A program made the translations under genes and the position numbers. Shown here piece after piece: positions 27,938 to 40,745 of a stretch of 64,000 nt of DNA. Each line of letters opens with the position of its first letter. Within the stretch, counting starts at the first letter, position 1. The notes beneath the pieces are model-generated. The model searched no databases and was not told the origin of the DNA. It was given only the letters and a program-made list of their open reading frames with translations. This stretch comes from Lytechinus pictus (taxonomy: Eukaryota): the NCBI RefSeq assembly GCF_037042905.1, contig NC_087261.1:13640001-13704000 (forward strand), written 5' to 3'.

Positions 27938-30900
27938 TTTATAGTGCATTATTCAATCCAGCCTTATTGTTATCCTCATAATTACTCTACCATGGTTATG
28001 GATGCATGTGCAATGTGTTTATAATGTAATGTACTAATAGCCAATACATATTTATTACATGTATATTGCTATAATTTTTGTTTTGTTGGGGGGGGGGGAG
28101 GATACGCACAATATTTGAGGGACAAAATACCCCTCATACAGTGTATCGTTGTACTTGAAATGTGAGCCAAAGAATTAAGGCTTGAAAATATCAATAAATT
28201 TAATAGAAATTGCCCACCCTATCATGTGTGAAGTGTAAAAAAGATATAGGCCTACATATGTATCATATACAATGATACTTGGAGGTGCCCCCCTCCCCTC
28301 TCCCTTGTAGGAATTAAAAATTTTATACAGCAACTAAAGGGTGATGGTGGTCTTGTTTCCATTCTCATTTTCATTTAAAAAAACAGAACAAATTTCCAAA
28401 CTAAAGCCCTCATTGAAAAAAAAAATCAAGGGCTTTGAACTGTATTTATAGGCGCTATGAATTAAACTATAGTGAGTTGCGTTTGAATACAACCAAAAAA
28501 AATCAAATGCAATGCAAAATTCACCACATTTATTAGTTGAAAATCAGAAGATATAGTTTCTTTAATTGCAAGTAATTTTTTTTTCTGTCAAGGTCCCTAG
28601 GAAACCTGTAAAGTTTATTGATAGCACAAGCCTCCACACTAACTTTTTTCCTGGTGGCCCAATCCACCAAAATCATTCATTTTCATATTTTTGGTGGCCG
28701 AAAGCAAATTTTGTGGCCCTAAAACAAAGAACATTACAATTTATCAAAACATTGGAACCCCAACTGGACCAACAAGTGTGAGCTTTTGCAGAAGTTTTGT
28801 GGGCCAAATCTAATGTTCAGTTGCCCCAGGCCACAGGGCAACTGATTATGTCGAGCCCTGGGTATCGTGACTCAATGTTATTCTTTTTCTAGAATTGTAT
28901 TTAATAGAAATACATACAGCATTTGAATGTTTAGGACCCAATTTCACAAAGCCTAGAAATTGACCATAGGGCTAATTTTTAAGATAATTGCATTGATCAT
29001 TATGTCGAATCAATCATACAACTCAACTGTAAGATCGTTTGCTTGGTTTTGTGTTATGATGCCCTACTGAATATGGTATTCTTTTGTATAGCTTGTATAT
29101 ACAATGTACATGTATATATATATATATATGGGTATTGCTTTTCTTTCATCTTGCATTTAGTTTAGGTTTCATTTCTAGTACTAGTACATGAAGAAGATTA
29201 GAATTACATATTCAGTAGCAATGTGCATTGAGTAGTTTATTTCCATGTTTCTTTGCATATACTAGTATTGTTTCTGTTATTGCATTACATATTAATGGAA
29301 TGGTTAGTTTTAGCTGCTGTAAATGATAAAATAAAAATGCTGCAAATTTTAGGAAGTACACTGTAGTTGATCCATATCCACCGAAATGTTCATGTAAGCT
29401 TGAATGCATTCATGTGTACATATCTCAATTATTGATCATTTGATAGACAGCCATATATGCAATCAAATAATAAATCTTTTTCCTCAACTGTATGCAAAAA
29501 TGACAACACAAAACCAGAAAAATTGATTCTGTGATGAGGAGGAAATGCCTCCGCATTATGTACATGTACATGTGATATGTCAAACTCACCATTTCATTCA
29601 ATTAATTTACAGGAAGAAAGGCAACCACTAAAGATATTCCAAGAATCTCAGATATTGGAAGAGTAAGTATTTCTATTTCATCTTCATTCATGTGAAGTGA
29701 GTGGCAATATAAAGTTTCGATAAACTCAATGTTAATACCTGGTGGGTGTTTCATAAAGCTGTTCGTAAGTTAAGAGCGACTTTAAGAAGGACTGGTGATC
29801 CTTTCTTATGAGCTAAAACCATCGCCAATGAACATTTTGGTATATACCATTTACCACTAGAAAAGATCATCAGTCGTTCTTAAAGTCACTCTTAACTTTT
29901 TAATACAAACAGCTTTATGAAACAGCCCCCTGGTAGTAGTAGTAGTTGTAGAAGTACATGGAGTTTTTTTTAAATCAATTTATCATTTATTGGCAAATCT
30001 GCACATTATTAAAAGGAAATGAAACAATACGCCCTGGACACTTCCCTTTTTAGGAGAAGATGCTATGCAATAAAATACATTTCAGAAACATAACTTTTTA
30101 GGATGTTATATATTAATAATTATATAAGAAGAGAACAAAATCTGTTAAAAGGGCGGTGCTAAAACAACACGAACAGTTGCCATAAGTGCTTATCACCGTT
30201 CAGATGCCAGCCTAACAGCCTTTGGTGCCCTTATTAACAGTTCTGTTTATATCAACACCATCTGGTGCTAAAATAACACCTGACAAGTCAACATCTTGCA
30301 TGGCACGCTCCCCTGCAGTACATAATGCCCACTGAGGCAGCCTCAGTGAATTTAATTGAATTCATAGGAGTAGAAGTAAAAAGAGTAGCTGTTTAGTAGT
30401 AATGATAGCAGTAGAAGTACTTAATGATAGAAGTAGAATTATACTACATGTAGTTTGTGAAAAGAGTGATAAAGTATTTGTTTTCCTTTATTGTGCATTT
30501 GCATATGAGTGGCATAGTAATTACTACCAGTTAAGTCAGGGTCTTTTTCCCCTATAATGAAATTGTTTTAAGTGATCCTCTTTTCTGTTTTCATTAAAGT
30601 ATCTACAAAATATATTACCTGATGATGATGTATTAAAGTAAATGTTTGTTTAAATTATGAATGTTTTTTTTTATCCAGGGATCCCCTGCCATCCCTCTTG
30701 ACTCGGATAGCGCTTTCATCGGTATAGACAGCGGAGAGGCTCAGATGCCCAAGACGGCATCTCGTCCTACACGCAGCAGTGCAGTGCCCTCGCCTGTTGA
30801 TAGGCAGCCCAGGAAGGTTGGTCAAGTTGGTGGAGGGGGGAGGGGGGAGGGTGAATTGCCATCTGGTCTACACCCACTTGGTCTACTTTTTGTTTGGCCC

Positions 30901-33900
30901 CATCCCACATGGTCTAATCCTCATTCAACTACAACAAGTTCATCTACTAACCATTGCCATTAAGGGCCCATTCCGAGTGGGGTGCACTCACATAATGTGG
31001 TACGGGGACCTGCCGCTTTGATGACCCCCTTTTTCAAACCTAATTTTCAGTTCTCTAGATACTCCAAAGTTCCATTCAGAAGCCGCCTGCTTGCCAGACC
31101 GCCAATATGAAACATCTCAGTTCCCTAGCCCTACCAAAATTAACCAGCGTGAGCACCTCATGCGAGAGCTGCTCGCATGGCTTCACCACTCCCTCTGCTA
31201 GCAGCTCCATGCACCGCTAGCGCCCACAAATACATGCACAGCGCTAGCGTGCACCGTACATACTTCACCGCGGCCCTGTTTTTCACACCACCAGGTAGTT
31301 CCCAAAACCCTGTATTTTACCCTTGTAGTCAGTTCCTTAGACTCCCGTTTTTTCAGGGTTTTGTGAGGCACATCCCCATTAAAAAGTAATTTGAGTGCCC
31401 CCCTGGGGGGCCTATTAACCAAGTCGTCTATTTCCTGTTAATAGGCTGTACTCTTTGTATGGTTCAATGAATGTTTATGAACCATATGACAAGTATACAA
31501 TATAAGTACACAAAGAAGAAATTAGGCTAACTGGGCATACATGATAGATCATATGAGAATTAGACTAATTGGCTATTAGACTAAATGTAGTGTTGATGGC
31601 AATTAGAATTTAGCCCTTGGGCAATTCCATGATAGAAATATCAACCATTTTGACATCACTTTTCAACCTGCTGTCCAAACAAGTGAGGAACTTCAATTTG
31701 TTTTGTGCTAATACTAAAGTAAGACTGGGTAGTCATGTACAAAAAAAATTACAACCAACACATATTATGTTTTAGGGGTGAAAATGTTGCGTGTCATATC
31801 GGACATTTCTGAGTCCTGTACGACAGGCAACATTTTCACCTTTAATTCACCCGTCCTCAAACATTGTTTGTTGATTATCAGTTTTTCTCATCACTACCTG
31901 TTTAAACTGTGTCATTAACAAAAAAGACAGTTTTATCGCTCAAGCATGCAGCTAAGAGGCTATAAATTGTTGTCAAAATGTCCCGTACGACACGTAATGG
32001 AATAGCCCCCATGTGGTTTTAGACTATCTGAAGAGCAGATCAAATGATATCATAGACCAAATTATATCATCTTGGCTTTGAAAGGGTACAAGAATGATCT
32101 CACTCTCTGTGGTTCATTTCATGTCAGCCTCCTGCCATATCTTAGCACTGTATCTGTAGGGATACCATCAATCCAAACTAAACTGTAACTCTTTAGTACA
32201 TGGTTTGTAGTACATGTAGATTGTTGTTATGACATTGATAATATGCTTTGTGTTACATGGAACTTGACACTGGAATGTTGCAGGATGTGTTGTCTGGGGT
32301 TATTTCATCCTAGAGCCAGCCTTTTAAAGTAAACATGTATAGCCCCATCATATTTACATCACTATAAATCTTATGACTGAATCTACATGTATCATTTATC
32401 TCCAGACCGGACGATCAGTGTCTCGCCTGGACAGCGATGATCTTGATAAAATCATAGCCAAGAGCCAGGCCAGAAGTGATGCCATAGAGACACTACATGG
32501 TATGTTCCCCCGCCATTCTTGTGCAGTACAGATCTGGACCACGTCTTACAAAGAGTTTCTATTGATCCAATCAATGTCAACTATATGGAAATCCAACAAT
32601 GTCATAATTTTTTCTTTAGAATATTTGCACAATGTACATTGTGAACAAGGAGAAGCACTCTGAATTGTCGAGAAAGCAATGAATGTATGAATATACATGT
32701 ACAGCCATCATATCTAGAAAATAATTTAAACAAACATTTTAGACGTTGACGTTGCCGACTTTCCATAGTTGTGCCTGGGGGCTTGGGGGGGTGGGGGCTC
32801 TTTCACAAAGAGTAACGTGTGACTTAATATCTTTTCTAGATTACTAGTTATGTACATATACACATTACGTCATTGGTCAGATCATGCCTGGGGAACGCTT
32901 TCTGCCGCATAATAAAGGAGGGTGTACATGTACATTAGTATGACTGCTGAAGCAGGACTTCAAGTTACACTTTTTGTGAGAAACTTCCCTTTGACAATGT
33001 ATGAACCACTCTTCTACTCTTGAATAAACTTTCTGAAATTCTACACTTTGATTCGTTGAGAATAAAAAAATATCAAAAGACAATGAAAGACAGAAAAGGA
33101 CAAACTAGGAAATAGTGACCAAACAAATAATATTAAGTAATAAAGATATATGTGGTACTTTTGATATTTTCTCTTTGTGCCATGCTGTCATTACTAATCT
33201 TAAGTTTCTGTGTGTCACCATTTCATTATTTAGATCATGACAGTGATCCAGATGATATTCTGAATAAATTCCTCTCAAAGAAATCCTATGACAGGTAAGG
33301 AGCTTATATTCCTTCGTTTCTGGACAATGACTTTCTTTAGATGGTCCATGAGTTTCATGAATCTAGCTCTACCAGCTATTCTTGATTACAACACTATTTT
33401 CTTCAATTTTCTATTTAAGCAGGGAAGCGCAATGGCTCAGTCGGTAGAGCAGGGGTTTGGGATTCCGGTAACCCGGGCTCGATTCCCACTTGGTGCGCTA
33501 GTGCCCTTTGGTAAGGCATTTATCCTCATTACCAGGTCCCTCGGAGAGGACCTTAAGCCGTCAGTCCTCTGGTTGCTTGTTTACAGGCATTCATGCTTTC
33601 TTAGCAATCAGGTAAAAACTCGCCAACACTAGCAAGGTGATCTCATTCCTCAACCAACCAAAAAAATAAAGGAAACTGTTATTGTCAGGGCCCATTGATT
33701 ATTTTCATGCAAACTGGTTTATACATGTATGCACACCTCTTCTGATATGAAATTTCAAGAGCTGATGATGCATACATTCAGCATTTCATTTACGATAAGT
33801 TCATGTAATGTTCATTTCATATATGTGAATTTGATTTGAATCCTGTTTAATATTATCAGAGGAAAAAATTGAATTTTTCATTCAGTATTTCATTCAATAA

Positions 33901-36900
33901 GATATGAAAGAGATATTTGTGTGTGATTTCATTTGCTTTCTTCTTGCATTATTAAAGTCACTGTTCTGTCGTAACTTTTGTGGAAATAAGTGAGCTATTC
34001 TAGCTTCCTTGTAATACATGTGATGTTGATGAAGCTTTCTGTGATAGGCCTATGCTTGAATTTTCTCTTTTTATGCAAATCAAATTGTTGTTGGGATAGG
34101 TATGGTTGTACATGGAAACTGTATTCAAAATACTAGTCTGTAAGCTTAGCGAAAAGAAAAAGTTTGGTTAAGAACACAACTACATTTGATGATTTCAAGT
34201 TCAGTGTTGACCTTTTGGTGTTGGTGTAAGGTCAATTTTTACACGAGTATAACACCAAACATAACACAAAGATGGTCCTGAAAAGTCACTCTCTAGTTTT
34301 TGAGATGTCAATAATGTGATCTGTATCAGTTTTACAAACTCCAAATAGATTTTGGAGCTAGGGGAATCAATCCAAATTTCAACACCAACACCGGACTTGA
34401 AATCACCTATTGTACTTTATTATGGCTCAGTGGATAAGTCTCTGAACTTTTGAACCACAAGGTAAGGGGTTCAAATCCCACTCCAGCACTCACGTCCTTT
34501 GGCAAGGTGTTGATCCACATTTGCCACTCTCCACCCAGGAGTAGTAATCGGGTACCCTTGAATACTTGAACACCTAGTCAGGGTAGCCATGCTAAAGCCA
34601 GGGTAATATAATGCAGTGCTTAGAAACATTGTATCGCAAAGTAATTAAAGGAGAATGAAACCCTTGAAACCAGCTGAATCCATATCAAAGAGAAAAATCA
34701 AAGAAACATATTGTTGAAAGTTTGAGGAAGATTGAATGAATAATAAGAAAGTTATGAGCATTTGAATATTGAGATCACTAATGCCATGTAGATCCTCCCA
34801 TTGGCTAGTCCTATTTTACTCAAACTTTTGTTGATCTTATTCTTTGATTTTTCTGCTTTCACAAAAGCTAACTTGCTCCAAGAGTTTCATTCTCCTTTAA
34901 TGTTTGTAACACTCTTGGGCAAGCAATTGGTTGCATCATCACCTTAATCATTTTATCTATGTTTATTACTGCGCAATGTGTCTTGTTTATTTTCCCAATT
35001 TATTGGCATTCATTGCATCATCAGTGGAGAGACTCGTTTTGCCGTTCTCCAGCATGAGAAGTCTTAGTATCAGCAATACAATGTAGGCATGGTTCGAATA
35101 GGCTTGTTATAGGCTGCCAGGTCGCTCTTATGTTTTGTGTTTCTTAACCATTGATTCACTGTTTATCTGATTTGATGGGGTAGGATGGACGATTGTGAAA
35201 GTCTGGAAAGACAAAAAAACAGGCACCATAAATTAACCTATATAATCCTTTCTTTTAGAATAGTTTTAATCCTTAACTATAGATGATTTGGAAGACCAAG
35301 TGTAGATAACAAGTTGATGACGATGATGATAAAGATAATAACTGCACAGTAACAATAACAATGAGAAGAAGAAGAAGGAAGAAGTTCTGCATTATTCTTA
35401 TGAAGCAGTGCTAAAAAATTATATACAAAATTATATACACTGCTATTTGATGGCATAAAATCTAATTGTTTGATAGACTAATTCAGTATTTTCGATAAGT
35501 CTCCTTTAAATTGATATTCTGCAGTATCTAGACAAAATAATCTCACCATAGAGAATGTCTTCTTTTGTGCACCGATTGATAATAACCTTTAATATGCATA
35601 CATGTCTAATTTGTTCACCTCCTCCTTATCCCTGTTTTCCTTATCTTTGCCTCCTCCTCCCCGTTAATCCTGCCCCCATCTTCCTTAATTTCCTTCTGTT
35701 TCTCCACCTCAACATCATCCGTCTTCTGTCCTCTTATTCTTTTTCTTCTTCCTTTTTCTCTTGCTCTTCTTCCTCTTACTTTTCCTCTCCCTCTTGCTAT
35801 CCATCTCTTCCTCTCTCTCTTCCTCTTCTTCCTCTTCCTTACTCTTCTGCTCCTTTCGTGTATCCATAACTTTATTTAGTACTGAAAGTCAAATGATACA
35901 ATATGCAATGCATGTGTGTACATGTCCAATTGTTATACATATACATGTACATGTACATGTACATCTGTCATATTTCTATCTCATTATAAGATTCAAGCCC
36001 CAAATTTTTATTGAAACTGCTTCATTGGCTCCATGCCATATTACTTACCATTGCTAAATTGTTCCCATGAAAATGATGTTCATGGAAAGTTTAAAACAAA
36101 GTTTATCATATGCATTTTATTGATGCAAAGTTTTTATGATTTAACATCGGGCAGCTTCATAAAAATGTGTGCATGTTAATTACTTTGTGCTATCTTTTAA
36201 ATAGTGAGAGTGCATTTCCTATGACCCTAATAAAACTTGAAATTTTTAATTTTCCAGTGATGCTTTTTAAAAGTGTTAAGTATGATCTGTTAAAGACCCT
36301 GACCGGTGTAAAAACAGTCATATATCAAAATAAAGGTAATGATTCATACAATACAAATATACCAAAAATATTACATATATATCCTTCCATTTCTGACAAA
36401 TATTAAATAAAAATCAAAGAAACTGCTCCTCCAAAGTACGCTTCGATTGAGCACCCCCACGTCGCCTGGAAATGATGACGTCACGTTGTGTCAGGAGGGT
36501 TGTGATTCCATAGGTTTGTGTACAAAAGCATTGGGTATTTTCTTCCATTTCCATGTTATGAATCCATATTTTTTTTTTCGTTTTCAGATGAAAATGGCAC
36601 TCAAAATTATTCACTGTTCAAATTGTTGTAAACCTACAACTATTCACTACCTTTTTTGTGATTTCTTTGTTTGGCTCTTATTGGGCCTAAATTGCTATGT
36701 CAGGAAAAGTTGTTATACATAATCTAAATGCAGATAGAATTGAAATCTGCGCCAAATAAGCAGGAAATAAAATATGGCAAAAACTAGTTCAAAACTGTAG
36801 ATTTCACAAATTCAAGCTTGTGGGTAAAAGTATATGTGATATCCCTCTGTGATAGAAGTGAAGAGAATGAAATGCGTTATCTGGAAAGCAAAAAAATCAC

Positions 36901-37393
36901 CCAGTTTTTCTGTGTACAAACCTATGGAATCACGACGCTTCTTACACAACGTGACGTCACGGTCTCGAGGCAGGTGAAAAGCACAATAAAGCTTATTTTC
37001 TAAGCGGGGTTCGAAGCCCGATAATTGGAATATTCACAAGCAAAATACTCAGCTGGGAAGCGGTGAAAATGCATAAAGCATACCTTGCTGTATTTAGTAG
37101 CTTATAAGCTTTCGATTGGTATATAATTTATCAATTTCATTTTCGGGTCCGGTCTGGATCTTCAAGATCGGATTTTAGCTGTAGCTGACAGGAATAGAAA
37201 TGATTGAGAATTTGATTTACTGAGCATGCAAGAAAGAGTAACTTTACGTAGGCAACTAAAGTCTTTGTTTTATTTTACAGTTAGTCATTTCAGGTATTAA
37301 TCTTTTCTCTTTTATTTCCTTTTCAGTCGGCCACCATCTGGTAAGAGCGAAGACCTGAGCTTGTGGTTAAAGCCTTCTCTTGGACAGACGTGA
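2051..37393 (+). CDS. CSPP1: Centrosome and spindle pole associated protein 1 orthologue, 5'-partial. Exons: 2051-2276, 3167-3278, 3801-3948, 4515-4622, 5245-5429, 5966-6115, 7099-7251, 7979-8032, 10076-10165, 10994-11062, 12352-13086, 14349-14420, 16169(or 16229)-16429, 16954-17031, 17710-17757, 19456-19491, 21044-21106, 23769-23951, 24890-25049, 25601-25729, 27794-27805, 29613-29662, 30679-30816, 32406-32499, 33234-33294, 37327-37393
   Basis: Every exon is bounded by AG/GT and the phases join into one open frame (3482 nt = 2 + 1160 codons, TGA at 37391-37393). CSPP1 motifs recognised in order: [15 protein letters not shown], coiled coil [25 protein letters not shown]...[49 protein letters not shown]...WLKP. 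Confidence 0.9.
3801..3948 (+). CDS. CSPP1: CSPP1 exon with signature [15 protein letters not shown] motif
   Basis: tttgtag acceptor, GTAAGT donor; translates [49 protein letters not shown]. Confidence 0.93.
4665..5150. repeat. (GAT)n microsatellite spanning assembly gap 4761-4909
   Basis: Directly visible. Confidence 0.95.
5966..7251 (+). CDS. CSPP1: CSPP1 coiled-coil exons (5966-6115 and 7099-7251)
   Basis: [37 protein letters not shown]... matches the recalled CSPP1/CCDC66-type charged helix; canonical splice sites, both exons phase 0-0. Confidence 0.92.
6282..6559. mobile_element. MITE family A (PIF/Harbinger-like)
   Basis: TIR ggNcccgtcttacaaagagttRcgat; CTG at both flanks. Other copies at about 23438-23720, 32534-32775 (partial), 51952-52203, 54157-54425, 62942-63187. 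Confidence 0.8.
7430..7750 (+). mobile_element. Degenerate tRNA-SINE related to family 1
   Basis: ggttcaaatccc B box, atttgccactctccatccagg core, ATT-rich tail. Confidence 0.65.
8058..8470. mobile_element. MITE with about 35-bp TIRs
   Basis: gtggattcacaatacggtgcgccatctattggtt / aaccaatagatggcgcaccatattgtgaatccac; CpG-rich interior. Confidence 0.75.
8520..9135 (+). mobile_element. 3' fragment of a CR1/L2-group LINE
   Basis: [12 protein letters not shown]...HHTRQ...WNKL...SFKR ORF2 C-terminus, 3' UTR and (AAAT)n tail. Confidence 0.75.
11215..11658. other. Assembly gap (N run)
   Basis: Directly visible. Confidence 1.
12352..13086 (+). CDS. CSPP1: Large (245-codon) charged, internally repetitive CSPP1 exon; may read through to TAG at 13099-13101 as a terminal exon
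   Basis: Stop-free frame from AAG acceptor (12351) to CCA|GTAAGA; GC- and purine-rich island in an AT-rich intron; repeats RSRRPRK, GEISPxKT, LxPxDKLR. Confidence 0.75.
15740..16180. repeat. Degenerate tandem repeat (about 130-140 bp, about 3 copies)
   Basis: Recurring acacttcaagttt...gagttccc...tttcttttggagttt. Confidence 0.7.
16169..16429 (+). CDS. CSPP1: In-frame exon encoding a SAM (sterile alpha motif)-like domain
   Basis: [57 protein letters not shown] fits the SAM pattern (V-x-W-L, Y-x3-F/L-x-E-N, L-x-E-L, G-H-x3-I-L). Acceptor at 16168 or 16228 (both phase 0); donor AAG|GTACTA. Confidence 0.7.
19704..19847. mobile_element. MITE family C (related termini gggcccgttgcagaaagagttgcg)
   Basis: Inverted termini ...caactctttctgcaacaggtccc. 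Confidence 0.7.
22900..23069. mobile_element. MITE family B (near-palindromic, Harbinger-like)
   Basis: About 55-bp TIR tttcataaagctgttcgtaagttaagag...; CAG TSD. Confidence 0.85.
23438..23720. mobile_element. MITE family A, diverged
   Basis: Similarity to 6282-6559 in reverse orientation. Confidence 0.65.
23769..25729 (+). CDS. CSPP1: Conserved CSPP1 C-terminal-region exons (23769-23951, 24890-25049, 25601-25729)
   Basis: SSPPVPAV...[21 protein letters not shown]; [10 protein letters not shown]...EDFDGLKNR; [26 protein letters not shown]; canonical splice sites with consistent phases. Confidence 0.92.
24115..24417 (-). mobile_element. tRNA-derived SINE, family 1
   Basis: Reverse complement of the head and core of 58127-58490, same aaagcgctatataaatgc(ATT)n tail. 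Confidence 0.85.
27794..27805 (+). CDS. CSPP1: 12-nt frame-preserving microexon (adds VYGK)
   Basis: TACTAAC branch consensus at 27672-27678, about 110-nt pyrimidine-rich tract, CAG acceptor, AAG|GTAAAC donor; phase 1-1 matches the host intron. Confidence 0.65.
29742..29929. mobile_element. MITE family B
   Basis: Same TIRs; CTG TSD. Confidence 0.85.
30977..31410. mobile_element. MITE-like element
   Basis: ggggtgcactca ... tgagtgcccccc inverted termini; CpG-richer than the host intron. Confidence 0.45.
32534..32775. mobile_element. MITE family A, partial
   Basis: cgtcttacaaagagtt start and shared internal sequence; right end lost. Confidence 0.65.
33422..33620 (+). mobile_element. tRNA-derived SINE, family 2
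   Basis: tggctcagtcggtagagc ... gctcgattccc head; body aggtccctcggagaggaccttaagc. Confidence 0.75.
34422..34630 (+). mobile_element. Degenerate tRNA-SINE related to family 1
   Basis: tggctcagtgg A box, ggttcaaatccc B box, same core; similar to 7430-7750. Confidence 0.7.
34649..34896. mobile_element. Kolobok-like MITE
   Basis: TTAA|AGGAGAATGAAAC ... GTTTCATTCTCCT|TTAA. Confidence 0.8.
35610..35860. repeat. CT-rich low-complexity tract
   Basis: Directly visible. Confidence 0.9.
36294..37161. mobile_element. Kolobok-like non-autonomous element with internal inverted repeat
   Basis: TTAA|agaccctgaccgg ... ccggtctggatct|tcaa; internal inverted pair at about 36476-36525 and 36912-36960. Confidence 0.55.
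37327..37393 (+). CDS. CSPP1: CSPP1 terminal coding exon
   Basis: Long pyrimidine tract + CAG; (S)[21 protein letters not shown]-stop. Confidence 0.85.
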
Positions 37394-38829
37394 TAACGAG
37401 ATTGAAGATGATATGCTTCTAGAGGGCTTCAGCGATGTAAAATCTCCTTATGTTCTTGTACGTACATAGGACTGTGCTACATACAGGTGCATACTCTCAA
37501 TCTGGTAAACTGATAAACCTGTTACCTACTGAAAGCAGGTGGCAGCTTTTTTAAAGCCTAATACGGCTTAGTCTAGTCACAACAAACCAACACCCTGAAA
37601 ACTGTCTTTTGCACAAAGTTCGGAACCTGTACCCAAAAGCAGGAATTCAAGAGATGAATGACAATTGTGTAGTCTTTGAATTTGGCTTTCTGATAGCCAA
37701 TTTAAAATTCATTAAAAAAATTGTAGTAATTTTTTTTTTTTTACTGGAAATGTCCTTCCTTGATTCATATGGAATATGTTGGCTAAATATTCAATGTTAA
37801 ATATTACCCAAAAATTATTGTACAGTATATAAGAAAATAAAGAATCACTGTTTATTTTCATACTGTGACTACATGTATTTCATACTAAATGTAAATCCAT
37901 GTATGTGTAACTTGAGAGATCGATAGCTTGAGAACAATGCATATTTGAGAATTTGAAAATTATGAGCATGTTATTCTTTGTCACTGTTTAAGGATGAAAT
38001 TCTAACCTTTAATCCCTTTTCCAGTAGACGGCACATTAAATTTTTCCAGGTCAACTGTATCAGCTTGATGTGTGCTTGTGAATACAATTTTCATGGAAAT
38101 GCAGCTTCTTTCATACATGCTTTGGATTAATTTTTGTCAGTCATCATGATCCATTACACTATAGAGTTCATATATCATGTCGGACAGTTGCTCGCTTGTG
38201 ATACGTCACAATATCATACCTTCATTACTCGGTATCCCTGAGATATTCGCTAATCTGTTTCTTTTATTATTACTCCGATTAAAACCAACTTAATGCCAGG
38301 GTGAATTTCCGATTTATGGTCGTTTGACTTTGATTTCACATATTGGTGCATGTTTGTTTTGCTCTTTTTGGTTTCAATTTTCACATCTCCTTTACTTTTA
38401 CTTTTTTTTTCTTTTTTTTTACTCTAGAGAATCTCAAATACTTGCCCTTTCATCTCTTTTGAAGAGATTCCAGGATGAATGATATTATTATTACTTTTCT
38501 AATATGGTGCCACAAAGCTCGCCGACAAATTTGTGTAAATCTCAAACGGGATATGGGGCACAAGAAAAAAATTGCAGAGGAAAGCCATTACATGAATTTT
38601 TAATCAGCATATCAACAATCTTCCCTAAAAAGAAAATCGACTCAAAATATTTTTTTCCAGAGTTGCTCATCATACTGTAATCATGATAATGTTGTGAGTT
38701 TGTTCACCATTGGTCACTTTAGGAGACTTGTAGCATATTATTACTAAAAGATGATAAAAACACACTTTTTTAAAGTGTGATTATAGATATAAGCATAAAT
38801 AATCCAATATGTCTCTTTGTTTGTGAGCA

Positions 38830-39030
38830 CTATTACTGAGTTCAGTAGAGCTGGGGTTTTGGATTCTGGAAACCCGGTTTTGATTCCCACTTGGTGAGCT
38901 AGTACATCTACCCTTTGCTGAGGCCAGTATTTATCCTTACTACAAGGTCCCTCAGAGAGGACCTTTAAGCTGTTGATCCTCAAGTCGCTTGCTTACAAAC
39001 ATTCATGCTGTCTTTAGCAATCAGGTAAAA
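38830..39030 (+). mobile_element. tRNA-derived SINE, family 2, diverged; lies in the putative CSPP1 3' UTR
   Basis: Collinear similarity to 33422-33620. Confidence 0.7.
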
Positions 39031-39102
39031 AATTACCACCAATATGGGAAGTGTTGCTGAGCTTTGCGGCACCATGTCAGAACAAAGTTTTTAATCATGG
39101 TC

Positions 39103-39137
<35 letters not shown>

Positions 39138-39975
39138 AAGTAGTAGTAGCAGCAACTGTAGGAGCTGCAATAGTAGCATGAATAGTATATTTATCTGATG
39201 GTAACTTGCTCCTGATATTATGTGTAAATAGAAGTAAACAAGTCTGTTTTCATATTGTATGTATCATGTCATATAGATGTGCTGGTATAGATGAATATTA
39301 TGTTCATATATTGTATAAAATGTATTATCATAGGCTATTTATCTTAAAACATGTATATACATGTAAATATGAATATAGGAGTCACAGTTCTGTTATACAA
39401 GCTTGTTTAGTGTGTGTACGTGGAAACATTTAATGTACATTATTTAGACAATGTAAACATACATTACGTGTACATGTGTACATCATTGTGATCAGTTTGA
39501 TGTGTGTGTATGGGATAGCAGATATTAGGTGATTTCAGGTTTGGTGTATTTATTCATGTTGGTGTTAGTAGGTGTTGGTGTTGAAAATTTAACTCAGACT
39601 GCCTAATCCAGTCCTAACACTGAATATGGGTGTACAAAATGATACCATGCACATCATTAACACCTCAATACCTCGCTAAGTCCTTCCTAGGTCCATGCTA
39701 ACACCAATATCATTTTAAGTCTAGTGCTGTGAATTGATTTAAACCTCAGTCTAATGCTTACATCTGTCAATACTGAACTTGAAATCTCCTATTGTGCTGT
39801 CAGAAACCTTTTATATTTGTTTGCTTAAGCATTCCAATCACCTTGAATTTATTGCCTAATTATGTCTTCATCCTTTAATTTTCCATTTCCATTCTATTTA
39901 CATGTACATGTATGTGTGTATTGATATGTATTTATTTAGATATGCAAATTCAGTGACTTTATTTAATTTTCAGTG

Positions 39976-39981
39976 AATAAA
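39976..39981 (+). terminator. Candidate distal polyadenylation signal of CSPP1
   Basis: AATAAA followed by a T/GT-rich tract (ttttattttctggtttgttc); a proximal AATAAA also occurs near 37835. Confidence 0.45.
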
Positions 39982-40109
39982 ATGCCGAGATACATTTTAT
40001 TTTCTGGTTTGTTCTTCCCTTTTTTCCAATGTTTGATAAGTGTGAGTTCTGCCTCGAGCAGTACACCAATATTTAAGATTGATTTGTTAATTTTCCATTA
40101 ATGTGTGAG

Positions 40110-40745
40110 AAAGAGTGTGTGTGTAAGTGTGTGGTGATGAGTGTGTATGCATGTCAGGATGCATTGAATGTGCGGTTGTGTGTGTGGATGTGGGGTAAGG
40201 ATTTGTGTGTATTCATGTTAGGATATGCGGTTGTGTGGGGGTAAGGATACATGTATGTGTGAATGTGTGTTGGGATGCATTGTGTGTGTGTGTGTGTGGA
40301 GGTAAGGGTGGGGGTGTGTGTGTGCAGGTTGGGATGCATTGTGTGTGTGTTGGATAAGGATGTGTGTGATGGTGGGTGTGGGAGTGTGTGGAGGTAAGGG
40401 TGGGGATGTGTGTGTGCAGGTTGGGATGCATTGTGCGTGTGTTGGATAAGGATGTGTGTGATGGTGGGTGTGGAGTGTGTGGAGGTAAGGGCGAGGAGGT
40501 GTGTGTGCATGTTGGGATGATTGGAATGTGTGAGGGTGTGTGTGTGGGGGGGGGGTAAGGATGTCCGTCTATGGATGTGTGTGTGTGGATGAAGGAGTTG
40601 AGTGTGCGTGTGCATGTAGGGGGAGTTGAAAGTGTGAGTACATGTGTGTGGGCTTGATTTTGGTGTATGCATGGGTTTTGGGGTGTGGGAGGGTATTTGT
40701 GTGCATGTATTCATGTGTGGGAACGTGCGTGTGCATGTGTGTTTC
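40110..40745. repeat. TG-rich repeat with about 90-bp higher-order units
   Basis: Recurring gttgggatgcattgtg...ggataaggatgtgtgtgatggtggg. Confidence 0.9.

Noticed and set aside
33422-33500. tRNA gene-like sequence (also at 24340-24417, 34422, 58137)
   Set aside because: Heads continue into shared SINE bodies; no proper acceptor stem or terminator.
35555-36057. Ser/Pro/Leu-rich ORFs
   Set aside because: Low-complexity CT tract, no splice-consistent link to CSPP1.
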